A stretch of 64,000 nt of DNA from assembly GCA_965153455.1 (NCBI GenBank), contig OZ234493.1, forward strand, positions 16,544,213 to 16,608,212, in the 5' to 3' direction. A program made the position numbers and the translations under genes. Positions 53,928 through 64,000 of this stretch are shown here, one piece after another. A model generated the notes under the pieces. It was not told where the DNA came from. It searched no databases and worked only from the letters and a program-made list of their open reading frames with translations. Positions within the stretch are counted from its first letter, which is position 1. Each line of letters opens with the position of its first letter. This DNA is from Sphagnum compactum (lineage: Eukaryota).

Positions 53928-54219
53928 CAGTGTTGGGTTCTTAGAATGAGGGACAGATATAACATGTCAATTATCAAATTGGGTATACATCCACTTACCC
54001 ATTGATTCTCAAAATCTTCAAAAATTTGGTTTTGCTTTATAACACTGGTTCTCCAAAAATATGAAAAAGTCAAAGAATCATTTAGAGAACCATCAACTGT
54101 TTCTTTCATGAAAACTGTTGGTTTTGTAAGGGTTTTGAAATAACTATAAATTTATTCATAATTTTCAAAGAATTGGAACTGATAGTTGCTTTAAAAATTC
54201 AAAGAACTGCACCACACAA
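53928..54219. mobile_element. hAT-like MITE remnant
   Basis: Starts CAGTGTTGGG like the 28948 element. Weak flanking duplication ggatatat/gcatatac. Related starts near 55965 and 57821. Confidence 0.4.
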
Positions 54220-57200
54220 GCATATACCTGCCTCATACAAGTTAAAAATCAGTCTTGAACCCAATACCAGGACCATGCTAGATTGTTCAAAAGTCGATAC
54301 CAGACAAACACTAGTATAAACATGAACCTCAAATGAGTTAGTTGGTACTATGGTGTTGGCCAAGGCTTGATAATCATGTGTGAGAAATGTGTGTACACAT
54401 AAGAGGGGACTCACCATTTGGGCCTTTGGAACACAAAAGTAGTATTGAACTTTCTCACATGTTTATTGCATGTGTGATGACACCATAATCAAGGAAAAAA
54501 GGGCTTCAGATGCATGACAAAGTAATTTTTTTTTCCTTCTTATATAGATGGGAAATGCATGAAAGCCTCCCACAAATATATACACTGAAAGACGAATTAG
54601 GAAACCAACTTGTACTTAGCAGGCGGACCTAAACTAACTAAATCACTTGCATTTGTGCAAAACACATTTTTGTTGTGAGCCCTTTTCCAGCTCAAGTGTA
54701 TGCATGAAATACACATTATGTGTTAGTTAGCTTTGGCCAAAAAATAGAAAACATCACTTTTTGCTGGGAAATGTGCATGGCACCATTACAGAAAAAAGGA
54801 ACCGTAACAGGGAGGACAATGGAACATGCCTTTGTCACCCACCAAGTTTTATTAATAGGGTAGCATATTCGAGCAAGGAATTGACATGTATTGTGGTGAT
54901 AATCCTGGACAACTTGGAGATGCTTGATTATTAAGGCAAGTGCTTTTTTTCATCTAGATGTTTTAGACCAGGTTCATTGGCAATAGTGTAATGGTCTGCA
55001 AATGTTAATTTGGATGAAGTTTAACCCCTAAACATTAGGGTGGACCAATTTGATCTGCTAAATTGTTGTGCTTTTGAGTGTATCGTTGTGTTTCCCTGAC
55101 ATTTAGGGGTTAAACTTAAATAGTATGTAACAAAATCTGGACATGTAAAATATGCAGAAAAAACTATGCTCTATTAAATTGTTCCTCAAAAAAAAATGAT
55201 TGGCTATGATGGCCTAGTCACAATGATTGGCCTGTGTGGTGACATTTAACTTATCGTTTAAGATGTTTAAGAGTTGAGCAAATAACTTGTAGATTATGTT
55301 GGATGTTATAAATATTTGCAAAGGCTCACATATTGGATGTGCATGGATATGTTGTTACAAAGGTCAATTAATCAATGAAATGATGTTTTGAACCATCTAT
55401 AGGTTACGTTCGTTTGAACTTTTGTTACTGTCATTCCCCACTTATGTTGAGCAAAGAATTTGATTTATATTTTAGTTGTTTAACCATAAACTAGAAAATT
55501 TATACTAACTGCTAAGTATTATTTAATCCATAGACTCAACAATGTGTCATTGATTGCTTAAATGTCAATTGCAGGTCCCACCACTGGATATGGTCAGTTG
55601 GTCAGAAGTTTGAGAATAATGGCCCCGCACCTAACAATGCTTATATTTCAATAGGCCAACCTTGACACATGAAACACCCAAACTATAAGCTCTTTAAGCA
55701 ACTAGCTTTGCAAGAAACTTGGCATTTCTCCCAAGCAAGCAAGAATGTGTAAATTGATGGTTGACAACACTTGAATTGAAAGATGCAAAATTTGCAAACA
55801 CCTATAGAACAATCTGTTACAAACAAACACTTGTTATAAACAAGCCTATCTTGTTCTATTTTCCTTTGGAAAGGCAGTCAGCTGTCTGAAAGGGGTGCTT
55901 GTCAAAAACATGGTTTCAAGTTTGAGGCTTTGAAGCTCGAACTATAATTTATATGTTCACAATTGTGTTGAGATGGGCGGTTATTAGAAATGCTAGTAAA
56001 TGACAAGCAGTTTTCAAAGTGGTATATATAGAGTTCTCAGAAAATGAAGGACCAATCCTGATATACAGCCCACGTTATGAATTTTTTAAAAAAAAATTCA
56101 TATATGGGAGTGATTCTGAAGGTATTTGAGAACTGGTCACATACCCTTCTATAAAACTGTCAATTTCTTACATAAACCCACTGGTTCTTTGAGGGTTTTT
56201 GAAAAAGCTAGAACTTGGGGTTCTTTAATTTTGAAAATTTGAAATTAATAAAATAAAATAAAGTAAACAAGAAGAAGAAGAGAGCCAGAGGTTTTTTGTT
56301 TCTTTCCAAACATTTTCAGAAAAAGAAAAAGAAAATAACTTAAACCACATGTTTTTCTTAAAATCAAATAATGGCCCAACACCCATTCACACTTTCCTCC
56401 CGCTTCAAGTGCCATCTAAAAGCGTTGATGAAATAATTAGGCCAGTCCTCCGAGGGCCAAGCCTTTGGTTTTTAAGTGTAGGGAAAAGCCCAAGGCTGAG
56501 CGTATTGCTGAAACAAGAGGGGCGTAAGGTGAGAACAGAGCACAAGCTTAATTGTGGTAATGATCTTGCCCTTGTGCTTTACATGGTGTACAATTTGATG
56601 CAACTTGTAAAGTGGGCGGCTTTACAATTTTCACAAATCGTGTTGTGAAAACAAAATGCCCACTTTGGGGGGTGGAAGGATAATTCCACACTATAACATG
56701 CCCTCCAATTACAATATATAAATTATAAGAGTTTTTTAGAGAATAGAGAAATTTGTAAAGTGAAGAAAACAAAATATGAATACACTAAGTTTGGTCAGAT
56801 TTAAAATAATAACAATAATAATAATAATACATTGCATTTAAACTAGAAGTGAAGACATGGTGAAACTTAATTATTAGATACCATAAAGTTTGTGATAATC
56901 TAAGTTTCACCTTCTCTTTCTTTCAGTTTTGTCTTTGGGTGTTTTCAATGCGGTTGTGCTTATTACTACTGCCATAATTACTTCAAGCATTGTGCATTAC
57001 ATACTTTGATATTAAGTTTCAGCCCTAATTTAATATAAAAATTCACTTTGTGAATAAGAAAGTTTGCTATTGAAATAGGTGTAGGGGGATGAAAGAAGGA
57101 CCAAAAGGCAAGGTCACTTTACAAATTTTGTGAATATCAACTTCCTCTAAACAAGCACCCAATGAAAATATTAGATGTTTTTGACCTCTTTAAATGGTAG

Positions 57201-60200
57201 ACATTGGTATATGGACTTTTCTAACATATAAGTTGCCAATTGAGCAATTTAACAAATCACATTATTAGTGTACCATTGGACTAATGCTTGTAGTATTACA
57301 TTAATATTACACTAACATGCAAAAGAAGCATTACTGAACAACAACACTAGGAACCATAAAAATTAGAGTGGGTTTTTTTAGTCTCGCAAACGGAAAGTAT
57401 ATATTATGTGTACCCTATTTTTAAAATGAAAATTCACTGAACCAAATCAATTTTTAAAATTTTCATTTGTATGATTGGTTGGTGTGACATAAAAAAACAT
57501 GGAAAAAAATTTCTCTGTTATTTGAGGGACTTGATTAGAGGCAATAACTAGCTTCCACTATGGGGTTTTTAAGCCGAAGAACCCACTCAAGGAGAGTTAT
57601 ATGAAAGATTGCATCTCAACCATTGATTTAAGCCAATCTCAGCCGTCTCATGAGGGTGAACTAGCAGCTACATGAGTACCTTCACCTTCTTGAGTGAGGC
57701 CGTATTTAACCTAAGAAAGGTTAAATTTGGAGTTAGAGACCCCTGATTTTGCCTGAAGATGAGACAGTTGTAATATTTAGAAACAAATAAATCATAGATT
57801 TGGTGGTTTCTAGTTTCTACCAGTGTTGGGTGGTTCTTTGATTTTGTTATAGCCTCTGGTTTTAGGGTTTTTGAAATTATGTAGGTGGCTTTTCTGAGAG
57901 ACTGGCAAAGGCCAGGGTAGGTTCCTTTAACAGTTCTTTGATTTTTTGAGAACCACGGTTATGGGTCAAAATGATTCTTTGATTTTTGAGTAGCGCCTCT
58001 CACAAGTCCGTATAAGCCCATCTATACTTAGCCCAGAAGACAAAGATTCTTCTACCCACAAAGGAAAGATAGTTAATCAAACAAACCCCCCAATCTAGCC
58101 CCCAAATCTGGGAAGAATTTGGAGAAGAAATCGAAGAAGATTTGTGTTGACTCAATATCATTCTCTAGATGCCCTACAATCAACCAAAGTTTTTTTTTTT
58201 AAAATTATTTTTTGTCTTCCAACTTTTTGATGTAGCCCATGTGGTAATAATCCATAAGATGATTTAGCCAAATTTGGCTATAAATAAAATATGATAGTAA
58301 AAAAAAATTAGCATCTTATGACAAATGTTGATGTAGAATCTAGTGATTTTTTGGTGTTGCCCATTTGGTTACAATTTAAAATATCCATCGATCCATTCCA
58401 TTTACTTTCAAGTTTCCATCCATCACCACTTTCAACTGGAAGAAAAAATAATCCAAAAATAATCATAACTATCTTGGCCAATAATCCATAAAGTAGGCAA
58501 TTTAGGAGGTTCCTAGCCTAAGTTGGGCATGAGTGACAAAATGGTAGATGTAGGTGTGATGAAGGAAAATAATAGGAGTCAAATTTGAAAACCTATTGAA
58601 ATTGGTAGTTGCTCGTGTTTGATCTTGTGTCTTGTGTTTCCTTTGGCAATGGTGGTGAGGCCTTATGTTTGTGTTTGTGATTTGAAGTGAAATGATTGAT
58701 TTGCGATTTGGAGCAATGTAGATAAGACTTTACATTTGCAATTTGGAGCAATGGTGGTGAGGTTTTTTGTTCTTGCAATTTGAAACAACAATGGTAAGGT
58801 TTTGTGTTTTTGCAATATGGAGCTACATGTGTGTCCAATTTTGTGTTGTTCAAATTTTGTGTGTTAACTTATGGCAAAAATGTGTGTGTGTGAAGGTTTT
58901 TTGGAAAAGAAGGTTGGGAGAGAGGTCGTTTAGTTTTGGGTTATGGGAGAATAATTTGCCTCATGCCAAGTTTCAAATGTTGGTCCTAGGTGTGGAATCT
59001 TTGCAACAAAGTTTGAATCTTGTAATATAGTTTGAAAAACTTAATTGTTGTTACAAAGAATGATTAGTTATAACAAACTCATTGGTTGTCTCAACTATGG
59101 ATCTTGGCTCTAATCCACTATTATTAATTTTCTTGCAAATAAGTAGCCTCCCCCAACTTGTCTTTGTGCTTGTTGAGAATTTTTTTCTTTTACAAAAAAA
59201 ATTGTGCAACATTAGCAAATGCAAACAAACATCCCTTTCACACATCTATTAACCAATTCTTCTAAATTATCACATGAGCATCCAAAATTCAAAATTTCAA
59301 GATGACATTGTTATAAGCTAATCAAGAGTCTCACAATTGATTAAAAAATCTCAATTCCAATTGCAATCCAAGAATTCTTGAAATTTGTAGGGCAAAGAAT
59401 GACACGTTTAAAAACCTTTCCACATGCTCCTTCCAACAAGTCAAAGGATTCATTGCTTATGCATTCACAATAGCAATGTGATGAAATACACATAATTCAA
59501 AGGCCATTATTGCATTGCTAACTTTGTTAACCAATGCCATAACATAAAAAATGGAGCTTACAAACAAATAATATGCAAGTTAAGGTGTATTGGTGTTAGG
59601 AATTGTGTTCAAGAACCCATCAACCTTTACATGCATCAATATCTTGACCTTCTTGTCATATTCACATACAAGATCTTAGTTTTTTCCTTGCCCACAAACT
59701 TGATAATACATTGTATTTTATAGGCTCCTACAAATACATGGGGTAAATAACATTAGAGCCAATATGTCATGCACTTTATTGCGTTCAAAAGCACATGCAA
59801 GTCAAAGGAGAGGTTATAAAACATTCACCACCTCTATTGCCATCCAAACATAAAAGAATCTATAGCTCCAAATTAAATTCCCCACAAACAAATAAAAGTG
59901 GTTGCACCCTTGTTCAAAAATTGTGCTCACCTTGCAACTTAATGTTAATGGAATTAATTTGTGACATTTAACACATAAAATAGGAACCAACATTTAAATG
60001 ATTGGTTGAGTACACATTGTTGCGTAGATGCAAGGTTGAGTGGCTCACTTTGGTGACATAGTGATATTTTTTTCTTGGGCACCCTTTGTTCAAATGTGTA
60101 TGGTAATATATATATATATATATATATAAAAAATTGGCAATTGAATTTAGATTAACAACTTCAGGATGAACCATCCATGTAGATATTTTTAAAAAACAAT

Positions 60201-61149
60201 TCATTCGTTAATAATAATGAACTTTTAAAGATCGAAAATTGGGACTGGTCGGCTAGATTCAAAATTAGAAAATGAAAAAATTTGTATTGATTTCCACTTT
60301 AAATGTGTTATAATGATTCAATATAAATTACAATATGAGATGAAAAACTCAAATCAAGAATCCGCCCCATTAAAAATTTAGCCAAATGATAGTTATGAAC
60401 TTTTCAATGGTCAGAATTGGACCATATTTTCATAAGTCCATAGAAGGTGCAATTCAAATTTTTTTCAATTTTTTCCCCTCACAAGAGAATGTTTCCACAA
60501 AATCTATGTGGGGAACTATTAATATGGACTCCTATCACTCCATGACATATGTTTGACCAATAAAATAGGAGCAAATTGCTAGCTCATCATTAAGCTACTA
60601 TTGTTTTGGACTTTTATGGAGTACAAAACTTGCCAATAGTTAGACACTCGATTTTGCATCCATCATGTTGTACACAAGGTGTGAATGTTTTTGTCACAAC
60701 TTAATGAATTGCCCATGTTAGCCCACTTTGCACTTGAACTTGTAATTAAAAAAAATATTTGTGGTAACAAATGTTTATTACACCTACATATTCAAGGTTT
60801 TCCTTGAAGAATACAAGCTTGTTAACAAAGTGAGTCTTCATAAAAGTTTCTAGTTTTTTGACAAGCAACCTTACTCTTTGCACATCTTGTCCCACTCTTG
60901 CCTCTTTTTTCATGACTTTTTAGCCAAAGTGATATTCTTTTACAAGGGTTATTGTGTCACCTTCAAGGAGACTTCTTTCATACCAACACATAGTTTTGTG
61001 TTTTTTGTTGCATATTGACAAGACTTGTTCATCACATGCCCAAAACACCAACTTGCAAAGGGTGTTGCAAGTTGCAATGGGGCACACAATGTACTACAAA
61101 AGACAATGTTGTGGCAAGACTATTATTTAAGTTGGATCCCTCAGCTTTT

Positions 61150-61749
61150 ACATATGTTATTAGAATAAAAAAATGGTAAATTAGACCAAAAATATATCCC
61201 ACATAAATGCAGTTTTTAAATGTGGAAAATTTCAACTAAACATAAGAAAATCAATTCAAATCATTTTAAAGGGTCATTATGAAAATGTATATGATTCCAT
61301 TGAGTTTATTGCTAGTTAATACAAAATTTGAAAAACTGTGTGTAATAAAAATAAGTAACAAGTACACTTGAAACCGATTGGTGAATATTGCATTCTTTCA
61401 TACTTTTACATTAGAAGTTCGATGCATTTTGATAATAATAGGAAAAAAATGGAAGTTTACAAGTATATTTTAGTGCACCATTAACTTGAAAGTAAGAAAA
61501 ATCTAATATTTTGTGTACTTGCAATCTATTTTGTAAGTTGTGACATTTTCAATGAATTTTATTTATAACTACTTTAAACATGTGGTTTTTAAATACAATT
61601 GTAACAATATTCATAGTCAAAGAACATGTTCATATTACACATGGTCTTAAATAATATTTGTAAGTTCAATATATCAAAGCCTACTTGATGGATATTTTCC
61701 ATTTATGTTGTAAATAACATGAGTGATCTAATTTACCATGCTTGGACCC
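61150..61749. mobile_element. Second copy of the 14772-15360 MITE family
   Basis: Shares ttcaatatatcaaagc.tacttgatg...taattt.ccatgcttggacc and tggtaa.ttagaccaaaa segments. Confidence 0.5.
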
Positions 61750-64000
61750 ATTACCTTTTGTGTAAATTGGTATTCCATTAGAAGAGGCTTCATAATATTT
61801 GCAAGGGTCGTTTCGTTAGTGTTGGGTGCCTCAAAAAATGACAATTAAAAGAAAAAATAAAAAACCATATCATCTTTATCCACAAATCAAAAATCACATT
61901 AATAGTTGCATAATTGGTTATAATTATAAGCAATACATTAGTGTCCAAGGTCTTTGTAAAAAGGCTAGGGATGTGGTCTTTCATTAATTTTTTAGGGGGG
62001 GAACATATCTTGGTGTGCCTTTGCATGATGAGTCAACGAAACCAAAGTGATTTCACAATTGACATTACATTGAGGTAAAAGCATGGTATTTTATACAAAA
62101 AAAGTTGATAGAAAAATATCAAGCATAAAATGAGATAGTTTTTCACAAAAACACAAGAAAGTAAATTCAATTTTTACTTAAATTTCATTTTGAAACCATG
62201 GTGCTTTCCATTGGGTTTATATTAAGTTGAATACAAAAATTGAGAAACTTTGGAATAGTTAAGTAGGGAACAAGTACTTTTGAATTTGACTAGCCAATAT
62301 GGTAATCAAAAGTTTCATTAGAAAATTTAATGACATAGATTTGTGTGAAGTTTTAGCATAAAGATAATTATATATTCAAAAAAAGGAAAATAAATAAAAT
62401 CTACATTCTGTATGGTAAAATATACTTGACACATATTTGAAACAAATGTTACATTGCAAAAAGTAGGTTTCAAAAGCTACTTACATTTTAAAAAGTCTAT
62501 TTGAAACCTATTTTTACAATGTAAAATTTAAAAATTAATTCATAATAGTGAAGAAGTATCTTGTTTTTCATCTTTTACATGAAAATAATGTATAACAATT
62601 TTATGATGGGTTTTAGTCTTACTTTTTGTTAGCTTAACAAGTAAACTACTAAGGTAATTGAATTATATATTTTACCATGCTTTCACCCATTGTAGCCTTT
62701 TGCTAATTAAATAATTAATAGACCGTACTTGCTCATTATCATTATTTTGGTAACCTTTGGACCATTGAAGTACTCAATGATCATTGAAGGATTGTCAACC
62801 TTTCATTTATATTGCAAAATGTTTTCCTACTTTTGCAATTGCCACATCTATTTTATATCAAACAAAATATCATGTTCATGGTCATTCAAAAGGTGTTTCT
62901 TCATGGAGGTAAATCCATGGTTATGGTTATATTACACCAAGCATCTCCATGCTTGTTTGGTAGACTACTTAGTGTTTTGAAAGCTCTTATAGTTAACTTA
63001 AGTGAAAGTTAACCAACATCACAAACGATGCACTTCATTATTTGAATAACAGTCGAATTAATTGTACTTGCTTGGTCATGGAGAACAAAAAAATACCCAC
63101 AAATGCATTTGATAAATGGTAAGGAACCCAAAACAATTGATTATTGGCAAGACCGACATATCTTACCTTCCATGTAGTTAGCTCTTCAACCCCTCAAGCA
63201 CCTTGTTTCAACTTGCCACATGTTACATTTCCTATGTGGCTTCAACAAATTCTATAATGACCACATGATCACTTATTTCATCCCCAATGTAAATGTTGAA
63301 ATTTGAGAACAAAATGTCTTTTTGTAATAACCCCAACAAATGTAAGATTCAATTTTTTAAAACATTAAGGGATAGGCCATGCTTCAAACACAAAACTCCC
63401 TTATGTAGATTGTAACCACATGAAACTATGAATGGCAATGCAAAGGCAGTGCAAAGGCAATGCCATAAGAAAAAAACATTTTGTTAAAACACATGTACCT
63501 CATTCAATGTTGAAGCAAAATTGGTTGGACAAAGATATTGTAGCAATTTTGTGTAGCCACAAATGTCTTTATGAAAGAAAGAAAATAATTGTGTATTGTG
63601 GGTGCTTAATTCTAACATCCTCCCTAATGCCTTCAAAATCATGCCCTTACTTATTTCCCTCCACCCCTCACAACCTTGAATACTAGTATCATACATAGTA
63701 TGGCAATAGACAAAATATAAGTTGGTATGGTATGGGATGGAGGTCACAAACCCTAACTTCATGCCCATCACCATAACTATATTACCAACGTATACAATAA
63801 CTTCCATATTAGTTGAGTATGTTTTCATATTATTACTCATACCAATACCATATACCCAAGTTGGTTAAGACTTTTAAATGGGCATAATCCATCCAATGTT
63901 TTTATGTTTGGCCAAAAAAATTCCAAATTTGCAAAAATGAATGTGTTTTGGATTTTTAATCACCATATTTCAGAATATTTTATAAATTTAATAGCAAATT

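Noticed and set aside
56000-64000. Short ORFs in the last 8 kb
   Set aside because: AT-rich degraded repeat/TE sequence; no domain motifs or exon chain recognised.

Overview
AT-rich eukaryotic nuclear DNA with spliceosomal GT-AG introns and dense, transition-eroded transposon debris. It is land-plant DNA; from recollection only, the TPR and MITE families look like a bryophyte such as Sphagnum. Main content: (1) a 3-exon gene in which a tandem array of ~40 near-identical 102-bp/34-aa TPR units is fused, with no transmembrane segment, to a non-RD RLK/Pelle-type kinase. Repeat variation concentrates on helix-A groove positions, and the 5' part of the array is cut off by recurrent CAA>TAA stops. 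(2) A receptor-like-kinase pseudogene broken by a decayed Ty1/copia element. (3) Two foreign-looking blocks 35 kb apart that share a 33-nt sequence. One carries a perfect 34-nt group II intron domain V; the other has a group IIB-like 5' end. (4) A head-to-head pair, a makorin (CCCH-RING) gene and a conserved plastid-targeted gene, both with reading-frame lesions. (5) LINE, CACTA, hAT/MITE elements and several tandem repeats. All calls come from reading the sequence by eye; no searches were run.
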